Notes under the pieces: generated by a model
The model's database searches: none
Told to the model about the DNA's origin: nothing
Seen by the model: only the letters and a program-made list of their open reading frames with translations
Made by a program: the position numbers and the translations under genes
Assembly (NCBI GenBank): GCA_045837725.1
Contig: JBEWZL010000239.1
Coordinates: forward strand, 186,001-250,000
Direction: 5' to 3'
From: Vermamoeba vermiformis
Lineage: Eukaryota
DNA: 64,000 nt
Shown here: positions 51,978 through 63,652 of the stretch, piece by piece
Position numbering within the stretch: the first letter of the stretch is position 1
Layout: each line of letters opens with the position of its first letter

Positions 51978-54694
51978 TTAAAACAAGGGCCACTCAGCAA
52001 GTAAGAACAGCGCAATAGCTACAAAGAAATTGGTAGTGATAGCTGTCGCGCTCGATGACCTAATCGCGAGAGGGGTAGCGACCGGGGCTGCTGGGGGTCT
52101 GGTGAACGTCGCCGTAAAGAAGGCAGCTTGACTAGGATTGTAAAAAGATGTCGCAGGTGTTTGCGTCAACTGCACTGCCTTGACCAAGTAATAGTTGGTT
52201 CCATCGGCTGCATTCGCATCGAGAAAAGTTGTGTCGGATACTGGTGATGTCGTAGCACGAGTATAAGGACCTTCAACGGACGAAGTGGATCTGTACACGT
52301 GATATCCAACGACATTATCAGCTGATCCTGTCCACGATAAGCTCAATCCACCACTTTCCGATTTTGCTTGAACGTTTGAAGGTGGATCCACGATGAAAAA
52401 GCGTAAAGTCGGATCTGGCAAAACAAAATTCGTCAATTTGCTGATAATACAGCTCTGTGAGAAAATTACCTCCTTGAAGTGTATTATGAATCATCCAGGC
52501 ATAGAAATTCTATAATACAGCAGTATTAGATCTAGATAATCGGTGGTAGCCACCAATCAAATTGCTTACGGAGAAGTATTTGCCGTCGTGAGCTAGGGCC
52601 ATATGCGTCGCAAATCCAATGTGTTTTCCTGTCGTTGTCATATGCAAAAATGAATACGGACGACCAGACTGGATCACACCCAATCCGTGCGATCCGAGCA
52701 ACGGTGATCGTAGAATATTATTATCGGAGTCCCAGTCGCACAAATAGCTTCCATAAACTTGAAGAAATGCTGCGCGAATCGTATTGCTAAGAATGTCGTC
52801 GGTCGTACCAGTGTTTAGAATCGAACTGTACGTTCCGTATCCAATTGCAGCTGCCACTAGTGCACTAGTGCCCAAATTAATATTAAAGCCGGATAGATAT
52901 AGATATATATATCACTAACATACCTGTTCTCTTTCAAGTCCGTTACTAATTTGCCTTCAACAATGTTGCTCAAGCCTACAATATGAGGGTAGGTTCTCCA
53001 CCTGATCAACCATGTTAAAAATAAGCTCGTTATAATTCATAATTAATTTCTTACACTGAGGAAGACATCGATTCTCCTCCAAACCATTGGAAGTCGTCAT
53101 TCACGAGCGCTTTGTTTTCAAAAGTATAATTGGCTTCTCGGAATCGATATCCGTGATTTTTCTTGAAGTAATATTTCATAGCGGTGAGTTCGTCAATTTG
53201 ATTGTATTTTCCGAGGTAGACTCTTCCAACCTGGGGCACGAGTCAGTCACTGACGAGAAGAAAAATTGTTCATTGTACCTCAAGTTCGGCGACTACGTAG
53301 GGTTGCATATGTTGAGGAGGAGGGTATGCGGCATCGGAGATCCTGTCTACATACGTTTGATCGTATTTTCCGTCTCCAGGAACGTTTTGATTGCGCGGAT
53401 CTTCAGCTCCAGGATTATTGACCACGGAATCGGTCCAATAGTTGTCAATGAGGCTAGTATAAAATGCTGGACGAATTCGTAAATTAGTATTCGTTGTAGT
53501 AAGCAACAAAAATGTATATTTACAATCTGCTGGCCAAGCTCCTTTGACACCGTCCATGGATACCAGCGCATTAGGATGCGGTAATTGCCTATCAGACAGA
53601 ATACTATGGCGCAATACATAACTGAGGCGTGTATTGAAATGCCTGATGGGTCGTCTCGTGGCACATCTGGATTCTCGCGCAACATAAAGATGAACGAGAT
53701 TGCTGAGCCGATTCCGCCTACCAAAATTACGTCTATTTTTAGGTAGTATTTCCAAAAATCTTTGCCAGCTATCAAGCCTGAACAAACAAGAAAGATCGCG
53801 ATCCGAGGGTAAGTTGTGTAACAAAATACTTCGTATGGCAGCAATTTGTCATCCATCTTCAGTACTAACATGATTCCTATGGTAGCAAGTGACAATTATT
53901 GTCGAGCTCCTTTGTGGTCCCCATGCCCATCTGGATTCTCGTTTCCGCTGTATGGAACCGGTACTCTGCCAATGAGATATAGAGTAGATTTTTCTCGCGT
54001 TCCGTGTGCAGCAACGATGGCACTTTTCACATCCGGAACTAAAGTCGTTAACCATTTGCATTCAAATTGAACGGAACGTACCTGAATCGGATGCGTTGAC
54101 AAAAACGCTCGTTATTTCCCATCCATCGCCAATAAGGTCCATTTTAAGTTGCTGAAGCTCATCCACCAACGCAGCTCCGACCGATCTCTCGATGACTAAA
54201 ATTACATGTCCTCTGTTTTCAATTAGAGGCAATTCCTGGCCCACGACGACGAATCCTTCAATAGGTTGCCATGCATTGGTGTAGTTTAATTGAGCACGAA
54301 TGTGATATTCATACGCAATTCCAATCTAAATTTAAAATAATCAGTTTTTTCTGACGGAAACGCACCCACTTTTCTTACCTGAATATTATTGTCGGTAAAG
54401 GTAAATGTGTTTCCGTTAGCAAAATCATTTATAGGAATCGTATCCAGTGGAACAAAGGCTGCTTCCGAAAAATTGTACGCGTTATCAGATCTTCTAATCA
54501 GAAAATAGCTATCCGTGTAATTACGACCCGCCACTGCCGTATGGTTCCAAGTTAATGTTACGCTGAGCGGATTGGAACCAAACTGAACTATTGGGATAAT
54601 GGAGACATCTTTGGGAGTTTGAGCGCGAGTCTGCCAGATGCACGGTGCCAAGGATACGCAACAAATATTGCACGTATGCCAGCTCCGCTTTCAT
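51978..54694 (-). pseudogene. Bacterial-like peptidase C25 (gingipain)-fold/FN3 surface protein gene, disrupted
   Basis: LIGRVPVPYSGNENPDGHGDHKGAWPAD, VPGDGKYDQ, ELEVGRV, GDPTLR, FN3 (LSWT...GYHVYRS...YYLVKAV), hydrophobic tail; ATG out of frame with exon 1 and an insertion in the KGA codons. Confidence 0.75.
53537..53914. mobile_element. 358-bp insertion flanked by 10-bp direct repeat AGCTCCTTTG
   Basis: Repeat at 53537-53546 and 53905-53914; removing the insert plus one repeat restores HKGAWPAD. Confidence 0.85.
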
Positions 54695-55123
54695 TTCCGC
54701 ACTTCCTTTTCAGCTTGTTTTTTTTCCGGTTCGGTAGTTTAATTTTAGTTCAACTTCACGATGGCTAACCGAATTCAACTGCTCACGGTTATATCTATTA
54801 TTTTGTGCCTTACAAAACGGGACCCCTAATCCTACTACCTAAAGGTAAATTTTTTTTATTAACAATAATAACTGCCGTTTCATCAAAATTCTTTTTACAA
54901 TAAAAATATTTATTCGAATTTAGTTCAGCAAAAATTTTCTATACCAGCAAATTTAATTTCTACAAAAATGTCCGCTATCTAAAGAATAACTACATCAATA
55001 TGGAAACGAATGTTAGATATACAACATAATAGCGGTACATCAGATCACGCAGGTTCAACCTGATTACCCTAATTTTTACTTACTTCGATACCTTATGAGC
55101 TTTACCGGTAATTGTTAGTACCA

Positions 55124-55432
55124 TAAATATTTCTATTATTAAAATTAATGGCGCGATCGGTAGATAGGATTACATGTCTTTGCGCACGGTATTTATGGAT
55201 GCAATTTAATTTGCAATTTTTCGCTTCACTAATTTTCACCCTGAAATATACATAGAATAAATAAATTTAATTTAATTAATTGCGGGCATAAATTTGTAAA
55301 TTCAGGCAGCATCTGCAGCAAGACAGACAGCGGAGGCCAAGGTGAGCGGAGGCCAGGCCGCACCCCCGACAGCCCCCAGAGAGGGGGGACGGGGAGGAGG
55401 AGAGAGGGAGGCGGAGCAGGCGGGCGGGGCGG

Positions 55433-55512
<80 letters not shown>

Positions 55513-55653
55513 AGGACCCCACGAGCAGCGCAGGCATTCCAACAACAACTTACCTCATTTTATAAGTATTACCACAGTTGGTCATAAGGTTCAATTTGAT
55601 GTGGCATTGACCAATAAAAGCGGAAGTGTTGTTTATCGACTTAAAAAAATAAC
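55124..55653. repeat. Diverged direct repeat copy 2, interrupted by a G-rich insert
   Basis: See copy 1; homology stops after CAGCATCTG and resumes at CAACAACTTACC. Confidence 0.85.
55322..55542 (+). repeat. G-rich, nearly T-free ~220-bp insert with a 73-nt poly-G run (55436-55508)
   Basis: Direct reading; absent from repeat copy 1; could be partly a sequencing artefact. Confidence 0.7.
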
Positions 55654-55733
55654 GAAACGGCGTCACATCAATTTACGGATCCAAAACAGCGATTTTGTCT
55701 ATTTAACTTGTTCACTAGCACACAACTAGTAAT

Positions 55734-56962
55734 ATGGAGAATCAGCTCCAAGAAGGGATGTTCATACGAGGCAACGTAAGCCTTAGCTATCGCCTCTACG
55801 GTAACAAGGCAGGTTCCAAGCGATTGTTTTGGATTTGTGGATTCGGCGCTACAATGCAAGGTTACGACGAACTTGCACGGAAATTATCTACTAGTAACAA
55901 CGAATATTTGATATGCTGCTACGATCATCGAAGTAAGATCCGATCGGATAATTATTGAAAATGCGAAAGTTTCCATGCTGTTTCAAATTACTTTATTTGC
56001 GCAAAATAATAGGATTAAGCTGAATATATATTTTTACATTATAGCGGTTGCCAAAAGCAAGGCCCCAAGTGCTCGATACACATCCACCATCCTCGCTCAA
56101 GACGCCCTTGCTCTCCTCGATCATTTAGATTGGAAAGATAGCGTGCATATTTACGGGCCTTCTATGGGTGGTATGGTCGCTCAAGAACTTGCTTTACTGG
56201 ATCCAAAACGTTTTGCCTCTTTGTTTCTCGCAGTCACTAATTGCGGTACGTATAGTTATTCATAATTATATATGCAGGTTGATGCTGTTAATTATAGATT
56301 GTAATCTTATTTTATAAAAGGTAAACCTATACGGTTAGCGATGCCAACGTTCGTTTATGGATTTATGATGCAGAAATTCGTATTATCAACGCCTAGAGAC
56401 CAATTCATTAAAGATTTAGTCGAAAAAGTATTCAGCAAAGAATTTTTAGCGAAAGAAGGCAAACGGCAAGCTCGATCTCAAATCAGATCCGTTCCAAACA
56501 GCTTCTAACATGATCTCTAGCCAAGAATGGATTACCCGCTATTCCGAGAGATTCGAAATTGATTTCTTTTGGGATAAGGGTGCGTTGCAGACCTAAACTC
56601 GGTTAGATCCGACGTAAACTAATGAAATTTCCTTGCAGAATCAATGACTTGCCTTGCATCGGTCTCTGAAACTCATTACGTGTCCTCTAGGAGGATGAAA
56701 CTAATTAAAGCTAGTAACATGAGAGTGGCCGTTATGGTTTGCACTAAAGACGCTCTTGTGCCACCGGCAAGTCAATATAAATTAGCTAAGAGTCTCGGTG
56801 TTGAGCCCTTAGTCTTTGAATGTACGTAACATTATGACCTCCAACTAATATATATCAGTCGACACTAACCTATTGTTAGGTGGTCATATGGGTGCTGCCG
56901 AAGAAATCGAACGATTTGAACGAGAATTTCAAGAGTTCGTTAATGCGCCTAATAAAAACTAA
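55734..56962 (+). CDS. Alpha/beta hydrolase
   Basis: CCYDHR, LAQDALALLDHLDW, nucleophile GPSMGG, KDALVP, GHMG. Confidence 0.9.
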
Positions 56963-57011
56963 AAATTGTTATTGGTAAAAGTAAATACTATTTAAATAAT
57001 TACCTACTTTT

Positions 57012-59261
57012 TTATTTCGAGTCTCGATCAAACATCAATGCTTCAATCTCTGACGGTTCTTTGGGTGCTTTAGCCGTCAGTACTTCGCAGCCAGTAGGTG
57101 TTATAACAACGTCATCTTCTATTCTCACTCCAATGCCTCGGTATCTAACCACCACTGTCAATTACTGTACTTCTCAAATACGTATAATAATTCCAACTTA
57201 CTGTTCGGGAACATCCGGTTCATCAGGTATGTACAACTATTAAAAGATTAATTAGTCGCCATTACTATAACGTAGCATCGTTACGTACTCCAGGTTCAAC
57301 AGTGACGACCATTCCAGGAACAAAGTTGAGTGACACGTGTGCAGACGCAACGTCGTGCGTGTCCATTCCTAGAATCGGTTTTTAGTTTGACCCGATCAGC
57401 AATTATCACCTATATGATATAGTACCTAAATAGTGACCAATGGCGTGAGGATAAAATCGTTCATAATCATCGGGAGTCTTGAGTAACTTCAAGTTTTTGA
57501 GCTCGTTAATCATCAGCAGCACTGATGCTTCGTGCAATCTAGCCAAACTAAAGCCAGGCTTGCACAATGAAATACAACTAAGTTCCAATGTTAATAGATG
57601 AATAACTTCGAAGGCAGTCACTTACGCTTTTTGCACACGCAGCACAGCATTGTAAATGTCTAATTGAGGCTTGGTGAATTTGCCATTGACGGGCCAAGTT
57701 CTCGTAATATCACTAGCGTAGTTTTGGTACTCGCCGCCAGCGTCCAATAATATCATGTCTCCGTCCCTAATTCACTAATTAGACCGATTTATAACCGTTG
57801 AAAGTGACTTACTTGATGATAGTATTGTTTTGAATGTAATGAATAATTAGGGCGTTCTTTCCTGCAGCAACTACAGGAACATACGACAATCTGAAAGATC
57901 CACGTCGTTTGCATTGATAATCAATAAATGCCCACACTTCTTTTTCGGACATTCCAGGACGTGCAAATTTCATGGTCTATCAAAAAATGTTAGGCTTCAA
58001 TAAATACCGCCTGATATCCTTACGTCAGCGAAGGCTTCACCACTGATAGCTCCGCTTTGCTTCATAATTGCAATTTCTGTAGGTGTTTTGACGAGACGTT
58101 GTTGCTCGATCAAAGGAATTGGTGACGGGTAGTCTCGATTGTCTGACAATAAATGTTAAAACCAAATATGCGTATACATCATAAGACGTACTTGCGATAG
58201 TGTCGGGTACTTTGACGTCCGTTTGAATTTTGTTATAAAACACTTTCTTCGATCGCTTGATGATAGTCTCCAATACTTCTTTGACACGTCGCGAACTGAA
58301 CACTTCATCGGCACCAAAAAACTCAGCACCTCGCTCGACACCAGTCAACGGCCCATCCCAAATCTCGCTAACATATTGTCATTAATATGGCACGAAATTC
58401 GCCAACGAAGCTAGTACGTACCGTTGCGGATCTCGGTCTTTTAACAGCAATGTAAACCAAGGCTTGCCCGCTCGTTTTTCTATGATGAATATGAGCCTCA
58501 TATTATGATGCTTTAATAATATTGCGCCATACCTAATACGATCAAGGACTCGGGCTCAGTGAGACCACAGTAATAATAAAAATCTGAGTTCTGACGGTAC
58601 TCGTAGCTTATGTGGCCAGTTAGCACAAGCTCTTATTAAACTAATAATATTATAAATACTTACAAGATGTCGTTACTCATCAATTTATGCGAAGCTGAAG
58701 GAAGAATAACAGCTGTGCCCTCAGGCAAACTATTGATAAATGTATTTCTGCGCGTGGCATATTCGGCCTTGGTAACACCTGGGGTAACTGAATAAATGGA
58801 ATTAATAATCATACATATCAATTAATAGTGTTTAATGTGTTGCATGTTCGAATAAAGAATAGGACAGCTTGGCTGAGTTCAGCTCGTGAGCGATCGCAAG
58901 ACAGCTCGGTAAATATTTTTAAAAATTCTACAACTATGTTTACCTTCACCAGGTTTCAATAAATGTGGATGTGTTGAGGGATGAGCCTGGCCATAATTTC
59001 CAGAGTGCCGAACAAATTGTCTGCATGAGATCTTGCTTTTACAATGCGTAATATTCACAGAAGGTGAATCTATATTGATAACATAATTAAGAATAAATAT
59101 TGCACGATAAATCAATCGTGTAATATACCTCTCAATGAAGATCTTGATCCCTTCTTCAAACTCGTCAACGTTCGAATGGTATTTACAGTGCGACTAGTAG
59201 TGTTCGTCAACACTTTACGAGTGCATATATTTCGAATACAACGAACTCCGAAGGTCGACAT
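57012..59261 (-). CDS. XPNPEP3: Xaa-Pro aminopeptidase 3 / Icp55 (M24B), mitochondrial
   Basis: Presequence-like N-terminus, [65 protein letters not shown]. Confidence 0.95.
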
Positions 59262-59518
59262 GTGGCTATTGTGCTGTTTGAGTGGATGACTAAAGTGACA
59301 GAAGAAAACAGGCGGTGCACGATTTTGACAGCGGAGTACCTAACAACTACTGTAGTAATATTTTAAACTATCAATATGATGCTTTTTGCCTCACTTTGTC
59401 GTCAGGCGCCATAGATTAAATCATAGAACGCACACTGAGATCGATCTTACATCAGAGTCTCCCTGTGTTGCAGGTAACACTTTTTATTTTACCGATTTTT
59501 AACAAAATATTAGAGAGT

Positions 59519-60215
59519 TTATTGTTGCATGCTCTTAATGATATCAGAATCACCTGTTGAAAAATTGGATTAGATACCGCAGATGAATTATTTCAATTAT
59601 AATTTTCATATTAACAGCTGAATAGAGATACTTACCAGGGTCGGTAATAACCAAAGTGCTAACTCGGAAATATTTACCGCAGGCAGTACCGAGATCGATG
59701 TTGTTGCCGTTGTAGTGGTAGACACCGCACTTAGCCAACATAGCGTAGTATTCAATTTCGGACTTTCTCAAGGGAGGGCAGTTGTTAGCAATGATAACCA
59801 ACTTGGCTGTTGAAAGAGACAGGTTAGATGCATTATTCAAACAATAATTATTTGTAAAATATCTAGCGTTGATAATAATAATACAATAACATTAAATCGA
59901 GACGTATAATCCACAGAATAGCCATGAATAATACGAATAACAATTATTCCTCGATGTAGAATTTGTGTCGTTCAAATCCTTACATTTTCCTCCTCTGATC
60001 AACTTGAGGCCAGACTTGTAGCCAAGAGTGAATTTACCGCTCTTAACTACGAGTTGGAGACGAGCATTAATAGACTCTTGAGCCTTTTTCTAAATTAAAT
60101 AATAATAATATTAGAATCTGTAATAATAATCGTCGATGCACTGCTGAAATGGCGTTATACAAAAATATAGCACCATTAAATAATATTAGTCACGTACTTG
60201 TTTTTTGGAGACCAT
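59519..60215 (-). CDS. RPL30: 60S ribosomal protein L30 (eL30)
   Basis: [20 protein letters not shown]...[19 protein letters not shown]...[12 protein letters not shown]...DPGDSDII. Confidence 0.97.
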
Positions 60216-60872
60216 CGTGACTGGTGTATGCCTGCTGGGGTAAATAGGAACGAAAGTGGCGAGGCGAAGAAAGGATTACAAAAACGGACGCAAAAAATTT
60301 GGCCCAAAAAGTTTTCCGAAGAAAAACGTCGGAAAATCGAACAAGTGCCAATACCGCTCCAAAGCAGCGTTATGTTTTTAACAGTACACGTTGTGCCAAT
60401 ATACAATATGCATGCTAATATTTTAGGACCGTCGGGGTGAAAAAAATTTGGAGGTCGATGAACTAAATCAAAAATTGATAGCAATGGAAAATGGCTGTGC
60501 TTCGGTAAATAATTTTCGTTTAATATTTAAACGTTTTTCTATGCAACTGCGGCAGAATCCGGTCAGCAGCTTGCTTAAGACACCGTTTCGACAAGGCATG
60601 GCACAAAAATTAAGCCCAAAGCACAATTTATAAATTTACTCCACTTTATTTCGGGCGAAACTCGTTCAAATTGATGATTTGCTATTGTAAAAATTGCATT
60701 TTACAACTTCTATTAAATTTCATTGATTATGCCGGAGAATTTGGAAAACTGGCCGAGATATTTACCGAAACGCATAATACACGCGACTCTAGTACGACAT
60801 GTGAAAATATAAATAGGACCTTTTCGAGAGTAACTTCAATCAAAAACTTTTCAAAACCAAACAAACAACAAC

Positions 60873-63652
60873 ATGGAACCTCACAAGCATACCGAGAAAC
60901 ACGTTATCACCGAACGTGTTGTCCCTAAGGACGGTACCACTCAACGCGTTCTCGTTGAGCAACCTCACATGGGCCAAGAGAAGATTGTTGTCGAGAAGGT
61001 CGATCCCGCCACTGGTGACACTATTCGTGTTATCAAGGAGGGCCACACTTCTGGCATCACTGGCGCCATGAAATCGATCGGCCAGGGTCAAGTTCCGACC
61101 AACGCTGACTTCCAACAGCTCGTCACCAGAACAGATCCTGCTTTCGAGCGCAGATTGGCTGATCCTACTTTGCCTTCTGAGACTAAGAAGGTCATTGGTG
61201 ATACTCAAGCCTTCTTGCACGCTGCCAACCAGACTATGCAATCCGTGAATCAAGGCGGCCACATCCAGAACTTGGCTATGTACGCTGGTGAAGCCGGAAC
61301 CCACGCTAGAACTAAGGCGTAAGTCTCAATTTATTGCTATGTGCAAAATTCAGTCGCCGATTACCATATATATTGAAATTGCAAGGCTAAAAATCCTCTC
61401 GATTCCCATTTTGTCGACGAAAAGTTTTGCTAATTTTTGGTTAATTTTCAGTGATTTGGCCCGCACAGATCCCACTCTTCGTGGCAAGGCCAAGAACCGC
61501 TTAAAGAAGGCTAAGGGCCGTGGTCGCGACATCGGCTACGGTGCCTACACTGTTGCCAAGTTGTCCATCAGAAACAGCGAATTCCGTCGCTTGTTGGTCG
61601 ACATCATCCGCTTGGTCCAAGAGATCTTCTTGCGCACTGTTCAACAACGCAAGGGATACTCTCAACAATTGACCGGTGCTACTACTATCCCTACTGCTAT
61701 CCCCATCACTGGCACTACTCCTGCTGTCGTGCAAGTCGTTGAAAGCACCGCTCAACCCATTGTCACTCCTGGCGTCCCCGTGTCAACTTACTCTTCGGGC
61801 TTGCCCGGAGTTGTCCCCGTGATCGAGGGCAATGTTGCTAGCGCTACTACCCTCCCTGGCGGCTACGACTACATGTCTTCTGCTCCTCTTACCTCGCAAT
61901 ACTTTGACGAGTACGAGTGGGCCATGCCTGACTACTCCACTTCGACGGTCAATGTCCCCTTGGTCGGCCAAACTGTTATGCCCACCACCACTACCACCAC
62001 TACCGCCACCACTAGCGCTTGGTCTGCCAGCATTCCTCAATCCAAGAAGCGCGAGTTGGCCCAAAAGGTGCTCGAGTTGTTGCGCAGATTCAACCAGACT
62101 CCTCAATTCCAAACTGGTTTGACCGCTTTGATCCAATCTTTCTACGACTTGGAAAGATACACTCGCGCCAAGGTCAAGACCACTCCTCACGCTCAATCGA
62201 AGATCACCTACGCCGACAAAATGTACGGCGAGGTTCGCGCTTTGTTGACTCCTTATGCCCCCAACAAGAACTTGAGCCTCATCACCTCTGGCTTCAACCG
62301 ACTGTTCGAGGACATCCGCGCTGATCAACGTCGCAGCACTTACTTCTCTGAGCTCAGACTCTTCTTGGACACTTTGTTGACCAGCCCCGAGTACATGGAC
62401 GAAGAAACTGCCGTCTACCAAATCGAAGACTTCATCGATCGTGGCCGTGAAATGTTCTCTGACTACCGCTACAGATCCGAGACTAGATTGTTGTTGGACA
62501 ACTTGCGCACCATGTACTACAACATTGCTACTGACCCCAACTTGGTCAACTTGAAGACCAAGACTCAAACTTTGATCGAAGACTTCATGTGGGTCGACGA
62601 GACTGGCCGCATGCAAATCAACACCGAATTGCTCGGAGAGATGCGTCACGTGCTCATCCCCATCTTGTTGGAATCCATGCAAACGATGCGCTTGCCCGTC
62701 ATCGAGGGTACCACCAAGAAGATGGACTTCCGCGTTGAAGACATGGTCTTCTCCACTTACGACTTGTTGCCCGAGAACATCAAGCTCAAGACCAAGAACC
62801 AAGCTAAGATGAAGAGCTACACCACTGGTCGCCCCGTCATTCCCACGCCTCACCTGAACCACGTTGCTCTCACCTTCAAGCTCCACCACATGCAGACTCG
62901 CATGGAGAACATCCGTTACTGGTTCAGACGCAACTCCTTCCCTAAGGTCGAGGACTCTGGTCTCGTCGACGTCGCCATTGTCGGAGGTGGCTTCAACTTG
63001 AAGGTCAAGACTTTGTTGCGCACCACCAGCACTACTCCCAAGTTCACTGTTAGCAAGGTCAAGGTCCACATCGACCGATTGGACGTCAAGTTCCACGACG
63101 CCAAGTACGACTGGTTGCTCAACTTGGGTACCAAGTTGTTCCGCAAGAGAATCCAACGTCAAATGGAGCTCCAAATCGAGAACAGAATCCGCACCTACGG
63201 CTTCAGAATCGAGAAGGCCTTGAACCGCGCCTTGAAGAGATTCCCTCCAGAGAAGTTGAGATCTATGGCTCACCGTGGTGCTGAGAACAGTAAGTGACAC
63301 TTTTGACACCTGTCAAGAACAAACTTTCTAATCCAATCTTTCTTTAGTCCGCGCTCACCGCGCCAACTTGCAACAAGGCACCGATGCTGGCATCCCTGTT
63401 GAGTCCAAGGGCGATGTCTTGAGACACGGTGTGGACCGCCTCAAGGAGAAGGTCAAGGAGAAGACTTTGGGCACTACGGCTCCTCAATCTGGCTACGTTG
63501 AGCCCATTCCCGTTGCCACTACTAGTATGCCCGCCATGACCACAGCTCCTATGGCCACTACGACTATGATGGGTACTGGTCCTGTGATCACTGAGACTAA
63601 GGTTAAGCCCACTCAAACGACCACTACCACCACTACTACTTACCAATCTTAA
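60873..63652 (+). CDS. HAM1-like / DUF4449-type protein with C-terminal BPI/TULIP-like domain, 3 exons
   Basis: GQVPTNADF N-terminal motif, helical middle, LIPILLESMQTMRLPVIEG...VEDMVF...PENI, YWFRRNSFPKVEDSGLVDV, HDAKYDWL; strong C/G-ending codon bias. Confidence 0.7.

Noticed and set aside
55229-55587. Poly-Pro and poly-Gly ORFs
   Set aside because: By-products of the poly-G tract
59375-59460. Possible box C/D snoRNA downstream of RPL30 (guide-like GUGCGUUC against 5.8S)
   Set aside because: C box imperfect, C-D span only ~53 nt, no terminal stem, target sequence not available
61783-63309. 508-aa antisense ORF
   Set aside because: Shadow of the biased codons of the plus-strand gene
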